Assembly: GCA_031272365.1 (NCBI GenBank)
Contig: JAISTX010000013.1
Span: 256-64,255 of the forward strand
Source: Eubacteriales Family XIII. Incertae Sedis bacterium
GTDB lineage: Bacteria; Bacillota; Clostridia; Peptostreptococcales; Anaerovoracaceae
Reading direction: 5' to 3'
DNA length: 64,000 nt
The position numbers and the translations under genes are program-made. The notes under the pieces were generated by a model, which searched no databases, was not told the origin of the DNA, and was given only the letters and a program-made list of their open reading frames with translations. Shown here in pieces: positions 35,900 to 46,156 of this stretch; the stretch's first letter is position 1; each line of letters starts with the position of its first letter.

Positions 35900-36481
35900 A
35901 TGGAAACGCCGAAACGCGCCTATGTTTTGATACGCTCGAAGCGGCGGACGATGTCGCTGCGCGTGACGGAGGAGGGGCTCGTCGTGCGCGCGCCGCTGCG
36001 GCTGCCCGCCGCCGAGATCGACCGCTTCGTCGCGTCGAAGGAGCGCTGGATCGCGGCGCGGGCCAGCGAGATCGAGGCGCTCCGGAAGGAGCGGGCGGCG
36101 TTTGAGGGCATGCTCGGCGGCGCGGAGGCGCACGCGCGCTTTGCGGAGGAGTGCAAGGCGCGGGCGAAGCGGGAGATCCCCGCGCGCGCGTGGGCGCTTG
36201 CGGCGGCCATGGGCGTGCGGCCGGTCTCCGTCCGCGTCGGGTCGGCGCGCACGCGGTGGGGCAGCTGCAACGCGAAGGGCTGCATCAATTTTTCCTGGCG
36301 GATCATCTTCGCCGACCGCGACACGATCGACTACGTCATCATCCACGAGCTCGCGCACCTCAAACATCTCAACCACAGCAAGGCCTTCTGGGGCGTCGTC
36401 GCGCGGTATATGCCGGACTATGGCGTGCAGCGGGCGAAGCTGCGGGAGCTCCACCGGAGGCTGCAGCGTGAAAACTGGTAG
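35900..36481 (+). CDS. YgjP/DUF45-type (M48-like) metal-dependent hydrolase
   Basis: HELAHLKHLNHSKAFW zinc motif. Confidence 0.8.
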   Translation: METPKRAYVLIRSKRRTMSLRVTEEGLVVRAPLRLPAAEIDRFVASKERWIAARASEIEALRKERAAFEGMLGGAEAHARFAEECKARAKREIPARAWALAAAMGVRPVSVRVGSARTRWGSCNAKGCINFSWRIIFADRDTIDYVIIHELAHLKHLNHSKAFWGVVARYMPDYGVQRAKLRELHRRLQRENW

Positions 36482-36490
36482 GGGCCCGGC

Positions 36491-37468
36491 ATGAGGGAGG
36501 ACAAGGCGAAGGCCATCCTGTGCGCTCTGCTCTCCGCCGCCCTGTTCGGCGCGAGCATCCCCCTGTCCAAGCTGCTGCTGGGGAGCCTCCCCCCGCTGCT
36601 GCTCGCGGCGCTGTTGTACCTTGGCGCCGGGGCCGGCACCTTCCTCTTAGAAACGCTGCGCGGCCGGCTCTCCCGCGCCCCTGCGGAAACGGCGCTGACG
36701 CGGAAGGACGTGCCCTGCCTCGCCGCCGTCATCGCGCTCGACGCCGCCGCGCCGATCCTCATCCTGCTCGGCCTGTCGCGCGCCGACCCCGGGGCGGCCT
36801 CGCTGCTGAGCAATTTCGAGATCGTCGCCACCGCCCTCCTCGCCGCGAGCCTGTTCAAAGAGGCCGTCGGCGGGCGCATGTGGGCGGCCATCGGCTTCAT
36901 CACTTTCGCGAGCGTCCTGCTCTCCTGCGAGGACATCGGGCGGTTCCGGTTTTCGGCGCCCGCGCTGCTGATCCTTGCGGCGACCGTCTGCTGGGGCATG
37001 GAAAACAACCTCACGCGCGTGCTCTCGGAAAAGAACCCGTTCCAGATCGTCGTTGTCAAGGGGCTGGGCTCCGGCGGCGTGGCGCTCGCCATCGCATTTT
37101 CTGCCGGCGCGGCGAGAGGCACGCTGCCCGCCATCTTGCTGGCGCTGCTGCTCGGCTTCTGCTCCTACGGCATGAGCATCGCGCTGTACATCTACGCGCA
37201 GCGCGGCCTCGGCGCCGCCCGCACGGGCACGATCTACGCGATCGCGCCCTTCGTCGGCTACGCCCTGTCGCTCGCCGTCTTCGGCTGGCAGGGGGGCGGC
37301 CTGGCGGTTCCGGCCACCGCCGCGATGGCCGTCGGCGCCGTGCTCGCCTGCCTGGAGAAGCACACCCACCCGCACCGCCACGGGGCGCTCGTCCACACCC
37401 ACCCGCACTACGCGGGGCTGTTCCACCGCCACCGCCACGTGCGCCACACAAACGAAAACGGCGGGTAA
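36491..37468 (+). CDS. EamA/DMT-family transporter with a His-rich C-terminal tail
   Basis: About 10 hydrophobic segments. Tail: HTHPHRHGALVHTHPHYAGLFHRHRHVRH. Confidence 0.75.
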   Translation: MREDKAKAILCALLSAALFGASIPLSKLLLGSLPPLLLAALLYLGAGAGTFLLETLRGRLSRAPAETALTRKDVPCLAAVIALDAAAPILILLGLSRADPGAASLLSNFEIVATALLAASLFKEAVGGRMWAAIGFITFASVLLSCEDIGRFRFSAPALLILAATVCWGMENNLTRVLSEKNPFQIVVVKGLGSGGVALAIAFSAGAARGTLPAILLALLLGFCSYGMSIALYIYAQRGLGAARTGTIYAIAPFVGYALSLAVFGWQGGGLAVPATAAMAVGAVLACLEKHTHPHRHGALVHTHPHYAGLFHRHRHVRHTNENGG

Positions 37469-37601
37469 GCCGCCTGTAATGGCGGATTTCAGGTTCGTTT
37501 ATGTTTTGTGATATAGTATAGTATCGAATCAATCGGTTGTTTTTTGCGGATGGGGTTTTCCCTGACGCTTGAAAAAGGAGTGGCAAACAGGAGAAACCCC
37601 T

Positions 37602-38947
37602 ATGGATGTGGACGCGCGCAAGAAAAGGCGGAAAAAAATCCTTCTCATCATCATCATTGTCGTGGTGGCTGTGCTCGCCATCTTCTACTTTGCTTTCATC
37701 CGGCCGGCCGTCAAGGCCGCGCAGGAGCAGGCCAATACCCCGCTGGCGACCACGGTGCTGCAGAAGACGGACCTCGAGCAGACGGTCGCGGCGACGGGCA
37801 CCTTCGAGGGCGCGGTCTCCCGCTCGGTCGTGAGCACGGATTCCTACAAGGTCACGCAGATCTTCGTCAGCGAGGGCGAGAAGGTCGGCGAGGGGCAGAC
37901 GCTCGCGACGCTCGACACGACGGACATCGACGAGGACATCGCCGCCGTCCTGCAGGACATCGCGAAGGCGCAAAACGAAGACGCCATCGCGCGGGAGCGC
38001 GCGCAGGGCCACCTCGACAAGACGGTGCTCGACTCCCTCGAGGGGAAGGCGGACTATGACCAGGTCATCACGGCGCAGCGCGCCCTCGACGACGCAAACC
38101 GGAAGGACAGCTCGGAGGCGCTCCGGGATCAGCTGAAGGAGCTCGAGAAGCAGAAGGATGACTGCACGATCACGGCGCCGATCACAGGCACCGTCACGGC
38201 GGTCAACACGGAGGTCGGGCTCCCCGCCAACGGGCTGGGCAGCGGCAGCACGGGCAGCAACGCGGCGACGAGCATGTTCGTCGTGCAGGACCTCTCGCAG
38301 CTGCAGGTCCCCGCGAGCGTGGCCGAGTACGACGCCGTCCTGCTCTCGCCGGGCCTGACGGCGCGCATCACCTCCGACACCTTCGACGGGCAGAGCTGGA
38401 CGGGCACGGTCAAGGCCATCTCGCCCGTCGCCACGGACGAGAACAACAATTTCACGGTCACCGTGACGCTCGAGGGCGACGCCCTCGGGCTGACGAGCGG
38501 CATGAGCGCGAAAATCGAGATCATCACGGAATCGAAGAAAGGCATCTACGCCGTGCCCTACGACGCGGTCGTGGAAAAAGAAGACGGCTCGAAGGTCGTC
38601 TACGCATTGCCGGAAGGCTCCTCGCCGTTCGGCGGCATGGGCGGCGGCCAAAAGGCCAAGAGCGGCTTCTCGATCTCCATCGGGAAGTCGGGCGACTCCA
38701 GCGGCACGGTTTCGGACGACGGGCGCGTCGAGATCCCCGTGACCACGGGCATGGAGACCGACTACCTCGTCGAGATCTCCGGCGAAGGGCTCACAGACGG
38801 CCTTCAGATCCTGACCGACCCGCTGGGCCTGAGCGTCAGCGGCAGCAGCGACATGATGGGCGGGATGATGATCGGCGGCCCCGTGGGCGGCGGCGGTGCC
38901 CCCGGTGGCGGCGGCGGCGTGCGTGTGGAACGCAGTGTGAATGTCGG

Positions 38948-38951
<4 letters not shown>
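37602..38951 (+). CDS. efflux periplasmic adaptor (HlyD/MacA family) with an N-terminal anchor and a Gly/Met-rich tail
   Basis: TM anchor, coiled-coil region, and beta-barrel segments. Coupled to the downstream ABC pair by an ATGA overlap. Confidence 0.75.
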
Positions 38952-39681
<730 letters not shown>

Positions 39682-39685
<4 letters not shown>

Positions 39686-40965
39686 ATTTCAGGGACAACA
39701 TAGGCCAGGCGTTCACCAGCCTGAAAGCCAACAAAATGCGCGCGCTTTTGACGATGCTCGGCATCATCATCGGCATCTCGGCCGTGATCGCGATCATGAC
39801 GATGGGCAATTCGATGACCGTGGCCATGACGGAGCAGTTCCAGGAGCTCGGCGTCAACAACGTCACCGTCTACGTGCAGCAAAAAGAGGACGAGTTCGCT
39901 GGCGGGCGCTTCGGCGGCGGCTACGAGACAACGGACAAGGATCTCCTCACCGACGAGATGCTCGCGGACCTGCGCGAGCAGTACCCGGACGACATCGACG
40001 CCTTCAGCCTCGCGGTCGGGGTCGGCAACGGCCAGACCACGCAGGGCAGCAAATACGCAAACCTCACCCTGCTGGGCGTGAACGCGGAATACAAGACGAC
40101 GAACAACATCGAAATCACGCGCGGCCGCTTCGTCGACGACGGCGACAGCGAGAGCCGGAAAAAGGTGGTCGTCGTCTCCGACAAGCTCGTGAGCAACATC
40201 TTCGGCGAAGAGGATCCGATCGGCAAGTCGATCCTCGTCGAGCTGCAGGGCTACGTGGGCACCTATGTGATCATCGGCGTCTACGAGGCGGAGGACTCAG
40301 CGATGGGGCCGTCGACCTCGTCCGAAGCCGACGTCGTCACCGAGGCCTATATCCCGCTGAAGACCGCGCAGCTCATCATGAAAGTGAATGGCTATGAACA
40401 AGCCACGGTCATGACCGCCGCCGGCGTCAACGCGACGGAGTTTACGGACAAGATCACGGGGGTGCTGAACAAATATTATTCAAGAAATGAACATTTTGAG
40501 ATCGCCGCCTTCAGCATGGAATCCATGGTGGAGAGCATCACCTCCATGCTCAATATGATGACGCTCGTCATCGCGGCCATCGCGGCCATCGCGCTGCTCG
40601 TCGGCGGCATCGGCGTCATGAACATCATGCTCGTGTCCATCACGGAGCGCACGCGCGAGATCGGCGTGCGGAAGGCGCTCGGCGCGACGAACGGCGAGAT
40701 CCGCGCGCAGTTCATCGTGGAAGCGATCGTCATCTGCATGATCGGCGGCATCATCGGCATTATTGTTGGAATCCTGCTCGGCATTGTCGGCACGGCCGTG
40801 ATCGGCAACTACTCCGGGGGCGACATGGAATTCAAAGCCTCGGTCTCGGTGCCGTCCATCCTGCTCGCCACGGGCTTCTCGATGGCCATCGGCATCTTCT
40901 TCGGCTACTACCCCGCCAACAAAGCCGCGAAGCTCGACCCCATCGACGCACTCCGCTTCGAGTAA
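39682..40965 (+). CDS. ABC transporter permease (MacB/FtsX family)
   Basis: N-terminal TM helix, a large extracytoplasmic domain, and a C-terminal FtsX module (ERTREIGVRKALGA). Confidence 0.9.
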
Positions 40966-40985
40966 TCAACCAATCGCGAAAAGGG

Positions 40986-41792
40986 CTATTCCTCCAGCAG
41001 CTCCGCGTCGAAGGACACGGGCGGGATCGTGCGCGTGATGTTGCTGTACGGCCCGTCGTAGAGCAGCAGGAAGATCGTCGCGAGCGCGCCGCCGAGCGCC
41101 CAGCCGCCGAGCACGTCGGATGGGTAGTGGACGCCGAGGTAGATGCGCGAGAAGCCGACGAGCAGGATGAGGCAGGCGAACAGCGCGCGCAGCACGGCCG
41201 CGAGGTCGTCGTGGTAGCGTTCCAGCAGCAGCCGCCAGACCAGCACCGCGATGAAGACGTAGAGGATCATGCTCACGTTGGAATGCCCGCTCGGGAAGCT
41301 GAAGCCGTCCTCCGGCACGAGCCACATCGCCTCGTCCGGGCGCGGGCGCTCCTCGAAATGCTTGATGAGCGTGTGGATGACCCCGCCGAGCCCCGCCGCC
41401 ACCGCGACCGGGAGGCCGAACGCCGCGAAGACGAACCGCATGTTGCTCCGCAGGCCCCAGTGCTTTTTCCGGTTCTCGCCCGAGCTGAGGAAGATGAAGA
41501 GGCCGAGCGGCAGGAAGACGAACACCACCCAGAACGCGGCGACCGTGTGCATCTCCCCGAACAGCGTGAAAAACTTGAACAGCTTCGTGAGCACCGGGCC
41601 CCCCTCGCCCCAGTCGCGCAGCGCAAAGAAAAGCGATTGCAGCGTCTCGTCGAACGCCGCCATCTTGCCGGCGTCGATCATATACCAATCCAGGAAGAAA
41701 AGCACCAAAAGAGCGCTGGCCCCTGCGAGCCGCCCCACAACATTCTTCAACGGTAAATCACCCATCAACTCTCCAGACTTGCCATCCATCAA
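40986..41792 (-). CDS. PAP2-family phosphatase
   Basis: KHFEERPRP ... SFPSGHS ... SRIYLGVHYPSDVLGG. Confidence 0.85.
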   Translation of the reverse strand: MMDGKSGELMGDLPLKNVVGRLAGASALLVLFFLDWYMIDAGKMAAFDETLQSLFFALRDWGEGGPVLTKLFKFFTLFGEMHTVAAFWVVFVFLPLGLFIFLSSGENRKKHWGLRSNMRFVFAAFGLPVAVAAGLGGVIHTLIKHFEERPRPDEAMWLVPEDGFSFPSGHSNVSMILYVFIAVLVWRLLLERYHDDLAAVLRALFACLILLVGFSRIYLGVHYPSDVLGGWALGGALATIFLLLYDGPYSNITRTIPPVSFDAELLEE

Positions 41793-41801
41793 GACATACC
41801 C

Positions 41802-42551
41802 TTATAGTCTATTATCCGATTCTAAAGCCCATTCGTCAAGCTTTGCGCGGATAATCCCTTCAACTTTTGCCGCGAGCGCCCCCTCTTCCGACTTCGCCAC
41901 CCCCTCCGTCGGGACCGCGGGGTGGATGTGGAAGCGGATCACGCCCGGCGTCGGGAAGCCGTGCGCCTCGAAGCACTCCCACGAGCCCTTCGTCGAGACC
42001 GGCACGATCGGCACCTGCGCCCTCAGCGCGAGCCGGAGGCTGCCCTTCTGGAAGGCCTGCATCCCCTGCCCCTTCGCGCGGTGCCCCTCGGGGAAGATCA
42101 CGAGCGAGAACCCGCGCCGCAGCATGTCCTCGCCCTCCGCGAACACGCGCAGCGCCTCCTTCGCGTCGCCCCGCACGAGCATGAGGCTGCGGATGCGCAC
42201 GATCCATTTGTTGAAGAGCGGGAGCTTCGACAGCTCGTCCTTCGCGACGAAGCCGAACTGCTTCTGCGGCACCGCCACCATGAACAGGGGGATGTCGCCG
42301 TACCCCTCGTGGTTGGAAACGAATAACACCCCGCCTGCCGGCAGCGCCTGCTCCCCCGTCACCTCCGCGCGGACCTTCCAATGGCGGAAGAGCCGGGGGC
42401 CCCAGTCGTTCTCGGCGAGCCGGATCCACTCCTGCTCGCGCGCGTCCTCGCCCCCCGCCCGCGCGCGGTCGATCTCGCGCCGGTGCCTCTGGATCGGCAG
42501 CAATGTAGTAAGGATGAAAGCCCCAAGCCGGAGCGCGTTCCATGCATTCAT
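41802..42551 (-). CDS. plsC: 1-acyl-sn-glycerol-3-phosphate acyltransferase
   Basis: VSNHEGYGDI (HX4D) and IFPEGHR. Start taken at MNAWNAL. Confidence 0.8.
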   Translation of the reverse strand: MNAWNALRLGAFILTTLLPIQRHRREIDRARAGGEDAREQEWIRLAENDWGPRLFRHWKVRAEVTGEQALPAGGVLFVSNHEGYGDIPLFMVAVPQKQFGFVAKDELSKLPLFNKWIVRIRSLMLVRGDAKEALRVFAEGEDMLRRGFSLVIFPEGHRAKGQGMQAFQKGSLRLALRAQVPIVPVSTKGSWECFEAHGFPTPGVIRFHIHPAVPTEGVAKSEEGALAAKVEGIIRAKLDEWALESDNRL

Positions 42552-42690
42552 GCGTAATAGTTTACCATACTTGCGGGAAAAGGATGCCGCGCGCTGGCCG
42601 CCCGCACCGCTTGCATCGGGTTGAAAAAATATGTATGATGTCGGCACGGGAGATATACGACAGGGGAGTTTTGCCCAAGGAGGGACAAAA

Positions 42691-43416
42691 ATGACGGAGG
42701 ATTGCAAATACATCACGGACTATCTGGGCTGCGGCTACGAACTGTTCGAAGAAGAAACAGACGGCAAAAGGATCGCCGCCCGCTGGCGGGAGCTGTCGGG
42801 GCAGGGGGCGCAGGAAGGCTTCTTCCCCCTGATCATCCCCGTGTCGGACACGCTGTCCGAGCAGCTGTACTTTGCGCTGGAGGACGCCGGCCTGCCGGAC
42901 GAGCCATCGCCGGAAAACGCCAAAATCGTCCGGGACGGCATCCTGGCAAAGGCCCGGGAGGCGGACCCCGCCGCCATCCTCAAGCCCTTGGTCGAAGAAG
43001 ACTATGGACAATTCGTGTCCCCCGGCCCCGGCGATCCGGGCGGCGAGTTCCACGGCTACATGTTCGGCAGGCGCCCCTACCCGGAGATCCTCATCGCGAA
43101 GATCCCGGCCAGCGCGCCGTGGGAGCTGCCGGCGTGGGTCCCGATGGGCGGCTTCAACGACTGCCCTCAGGCCGCCGACCAGGTGGCGGCGTTCCGCTAC
43201 TGGCACGAGGGGTACGGCGCCGTCCCCGCGTGCGTGACCTACGAGATCTGGGAGCTGAACGTGCCCTACCCGCCGCGGACCGAAGAAGCCGCGATGGCCC
43301 TGGCCGTGGAGCAGTTCGCCTTCTGCCAGGACATCGTGTGGCAGGGGATGGAGACCGTGGGCGCCCTGGCAGGCTTTCTGAAAGGCGCCACCTCCTGGTA
43401 CTTCTGGTGGGACTGA
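42691..43416 (+). CDS. hypothetical protein, possibly DUF4253-type (C-terminal ...YFWWD)
   Basis: AAGGAGGG Shine-Dalgarno before ATG 42691. The family assignment is from memory of the WWD C-terminus only. Confidence 0.45.
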   Translation: MTEDCKYITDYLGCGYELFEEETDGKRIAARWRELSGQGAQEGFFPLIIPVSDTLSEQLYFALEDAGLPDEPSPENAKIVRDGILAKAREADPAAILKPLVEEDYGQFVSPGPGDPGGEFHGYMFGRRPYPEILIAKIPASAPWELPAWVPMGGFNDCPQAADQVAAFRYWHEGYGAVPACVTYEIWELNVPYPPRTEEAAMALAVEQFAFCQDIVWQGMETVGALAGFLKGATSWYFWWD

Positions 43417-43438
43417 AGCCCCCCGCCGCCCCGCCGCC

Positions 43439-44722
43439 TCACGCGCGCCGCAGCATCTTGAAGATCTGCCCGAGCTTCGGCTGCGTGCCGTACATCATGA
43501 CGCCCATGCGGTAGATCTTCGCCGCGAGCCACGCGACGAGCAGGACGCCGGCCGCGAGCACGACCGCGCCGACCGCCGCGCCGGCCAGTGACGCGTCGCC
43601 GATGTTGTAGCGGCAGATCATCACGAACGGCGTGAAGAACGGGACGTACGACGCCACGGCCGCGGCCATCTTCGGCAGCACGCCGAACAGCGTCAGGAAG
43701 CCGAGCCCGAGCGCCGCCAGGAGCAGCAGCATCGGCAGCGTCTGCACCGTCGCCGCCTCCTCCTGCCGGCTCACCGTCGAGGACAGCGCCGCGAGCAGGA
43801 ACGAGTACAGGAAAAACCCGAGGAAAAAGAACACGAGCATGAACGCCACGAGCCCGCCCGACAGGTTCGAGCCCGCAAGCAGGTCGAAGAACCCCGAGCC
43901 GGTCCGCTCCCAGTAAGGCATGTTCAGCGCGATGCCGGCCGCCGCCGCCCCCACGATCGCCGCAAACTGCGTCAGCGACGCGAGCCCCACGCCGACGACC
44001 TTGCCGACCATCAGCTCGATCGGCCGCGCCGCCGTGATGAGCATCTCCATCGCCTTGCTCGTCTTCTCCGTCACCACCGACGCGCTCACAAACTGCCCGT
44101 ACATCATGATCATGTAGAACAGCATCATGATGATCACATACCCGATCCAATAGTTGCTCTCTGCGTCGCCGCCGATGGAAACGACATTGGGTTCCGCTTC
44201 CATAACAGCAATGGCGCCTGCCTCCGCCTGCACCTCCTGCGGCAGCTCCCCGATGGCCGTCTGCTTGGCCGCCTGCGTCACGAGCGTGTTGATGAGGTCG
44301 ATGTACGCGTAGTTGAAGACGCTGTTGCCCTTCACGATGAAGTCATAGCCCGTCCCGCCCTCGTAGTAGACCGCGAAATTGTACTGGTCGTCCTCGACGA
44401 GGGGGTCCAGGATGCCCCTGGTATAGGCCAGCGCGTTGCCGTCCGTCCACGCGACGCCCGCGACGGATTCCGAGAGCGCGTCCACCGTGAAGAGGGCGCC
44501 CGTCCCCGGATCCGACAGCGCGTCCCCGCCGAGCAGGATGACCGCCTTCGTGCGGTCCGGCTTGTCCGCGCCGACGCCCGCCTCCTTGAACCCGGCGATG
44601 ATCTGCGGGAGGAAGGAGATGCCGAGCAGGAGCGCCACCAGGATGATCGTGACGACGCGGTAGGGCTTCGACCCCGCGAACCCCTTGTACTCAAACGCCA
44701 GGATGGTCAGGATCTTCTTCAT
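43439..44722 (-). CDS. ABC-2 type transporter permease (NatB-like)
   Basis: N-terminal TM helix, an extracytoplasmic domain, and 5 C-terminal TM helices. ATGA overlap with the upstream ATPase gene. Confidence 0.8.
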   Translation of the reverse strand: MKKILTILAFEYKGFAGSKPYRVVTIILVALLLGISFLPQIIAGFKEAGVGADKPDRTKAVILLGGDALSDPGTGALFTVDALSESVAGVAWTDGNALAYTRGILDPLVEDDQYNFAVYYEGGTGYDFIVKGNSVFNYAYIDLINTLVTQAAKQTAIGELPQEVQAEAGAIAVMEAEPNVVSIGGDAESNYWIGYVIIMMLFYMIMMYGQFVSASVVTEKTSKAMEMLITAARPIELMVGKVVGVGLASLTQFAAIVGAAAAGIALNMPYWERTGSGFFDLLAGSNLSGGLVAFMLVFFFLGFFLYSFLLAALSSTVSRQEEAATVQTLPMLLLLAALGLGFLTLFGVLPKMAAAVASYVPFFTPFVMICRYNIGDASLAGAAVGAVVLAAGVLLVAWLAAKIYRMGVMMYGTQPKLGQIFKMLRRA

Positions 44723-45699
44723 GGCTTCGCCCTCCTTCCGAAGAGGCCGCGCCGTTTCTTCCCGCCGGCGGCCGCCTCGGGCGCCTCCGCCTCCGGGTCG
44801 GGCTCCCCGGCCTTCTCGATGAATATCTGCTCCAGCGACGGCTCGACGACGGAGAAGCCGTCGAGCGGCACGCCCTTCTCGTCGAGCGCCCGGAGCAGCG
44901 CCGTCCGCTGCCTTTCGTCCGCGAGCGTCACGACGAAGCCGCCGCCCTTCGGCACGGCCTCCTTCACATAGGGCAGCGCGCCCAGCGCCGCCTCCAGAGC
45001 AGGGGCCTCCCCCTCCGCCGTGATGAGCAGCCTGTCGCGCGGGTAGGAGCGCTTGATCTGCGCGAGGTTGCCCTCGAGCACCGCGCGCCCGCGGTCGATG
45101 ATCACGATGTCGTCGCAAAACTCCTCGACCTGCGCCATCTGGTGGCTCGAGAAGATCACCGTCTTGCCGAGGTCCACCTGCCGCCGCACCGCGTCCTTGA
45201 GGATCTGCGCGTTGATCGGGTCGAGCCCCGAGAACGGCTCGTCGAGGATCACGATCGAAGGGTCGCCGAGCAGCGCGACCGCGAGCTGGATCTTCTGCTG
45301 GTTGCCCTTCGACAGCGTGTCGAGCTTGCTATCCGTGTACTCGGTCGCGTCCATCTCGGCGAGCTTGTCCCGCACGACCCCGTCCACGCGCTTCGGGTCG
45401 ACGCCCTTCAGCTTCGCCAGGTAGACCATCTGCTCCAGGATCGTCCGCTTCGGGTACAGCCCGCGCTCCTCCGGCAGGTAGCCGATGCGCTTCGGCTCCT
45501 TGTGCGCCGGCACGCCGTCGATCAGCACCGCCCCCGCGTCCTCGCGGAAGATATTCATCAGGATGCGGATCGTCGTCGTCTTCCCCGCCCCGTTGCGCCC
45601 GAGCAGCCCGAAGGCCACCCCCTCGCGCACCGTCAAAGAAAGCCCGTCCAGCGCCCGCTTCTCCCCAAAGCATTTCACAAGATCACGAATCTCAATCAT
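44719..45699 (-). CDS. ABC transporter ATP-binding protein (NatA-like with a C-terminal extension)
   Basis: GRNGAGKTTTIR, LSKGNQQKIQLA, ILDEPFSGLD. Confidence 0.9.
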   Translation of the reverse strand: MIEIRDLVKCFGEKRALDGLSLTVREGVAFGLLGRNGAGKTTTIRILMNIFREDAGAVLIDGVPAHKEPKRIGYLPEERGLYPKRTILEQMVYLAKLKGVDPKRVDGVVRDKLAEMDATEYTDSKLDTLSKGNQQKIQLAVALLGDPSIVILDEPFSGLDPINAQILKDAVRRQVDLGKTVIFSSHQMAQVEEFCDDIVIIDRGRAVLEGNLAQIKRSYPRDRLLITAEGEAPALEAALGALPYVKEAVPKGGGFVVTLADERQRTALLRALDEKGVPLDGFSVVEPSLEQIFIEKAGEPDPEAEAPEAAAGGKKRRGLFGRRAKP

Positions 45700-45821
45700 A
45701 AAAGAACCTCTCCTTCCCAACCATCATATCACAAAAGGCGCCATTGTTATTACAATAATAAAGACGCCTTGCCGGGCGGCGGCGCGAGCATGGCCGTTAC
45801 GGCAGAAAAAACAAAAATTAG

Positions 45822-45879
45822 TACAGCGAATATAGCGATTTTAAGGAAATTTTTTTAGAAAATCGCTATTTTCGCTGTA
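45822..45879. promoter_or_regulatory. 21-bp inverted repeat (1 mismatch) with a 16-nt AT-rich spacer, in a divergent promoter region
   Basis: tacagcgaatatagcgatttt-N16-aaaatcgctattttcgctgta. Each arm carries two AGCGA motifs, and a fifth TTTTCGCTG follows at 45888-45896. Confidence 0.6.
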
Positions 45880-45950
45880 TCAACTCGTTTTCGCTGCGGA
45901 AATATGCCTTGAGGGCGCATGCGGCCGCCGATCACCCATGACACGCGGCG

Positions 45951-46095
45951 CATTCCGGGCGGATTGCCATCCGCGCCCCTACGGCCACCGCTGTTGTCAT
46001 TCCGGGCGGATTGCCATCCGCCCCTACGGCCACCGCTGTTGTCATTCCGGGCGTGACCCACCCGCGTTGTCATTCCGGGCTTGACCCGGAATCCA
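45951..46095. repeat. tandem REP-like hairpin repeats (units of 47, 45, 28 and 25 nt, each starting CATTCCGGGC)
   Basis: Units 1 and 2 carry the hairpin gggcggat-tgcc-atccgccc. The last unit carries ccggg-cttga-cccgg. Confidence 0.8.
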
Positions 46096-46141
46096 TGCTC
46101 AAATCAACGCCGGATGCGCCAGCATCCGGCAACCTATCCAA

Positions 46142-46150
46142 TGGTATACT
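46142..46150 (+). promoter_or_regulatory. extended -10 promoter (TGgTATACT) ending 6 nt before the CDF ATG (candidate leaderless mRNA)
   Basis: aaTGgTATACTagcctcATG. No Shine-Dalgarno. Confidence 0.45.
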
Positions 46151-46156
46151 AGCCTC

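Noticed and set aside
45855-46073. A 72-aa minus-strand ORF covering the tandem REP-like units.
   Set aside because: Its sequence is simply the translated repeat (NDNSGGRRG twice). It has no Shine-Dalgarno, and the repeat units differ by 2-nt indels, which would break a real frame.
45900-46156. A metal (NiCo/czcD-type) riboswitch upstream of the CDF gene.
   Set aside because: I cannot recognise the conserved riboswitch core by eye. In addition, the best promoter candidate lies only 6 nt from the ATG, which leaves no leader. A covariance-model scan would be needed.
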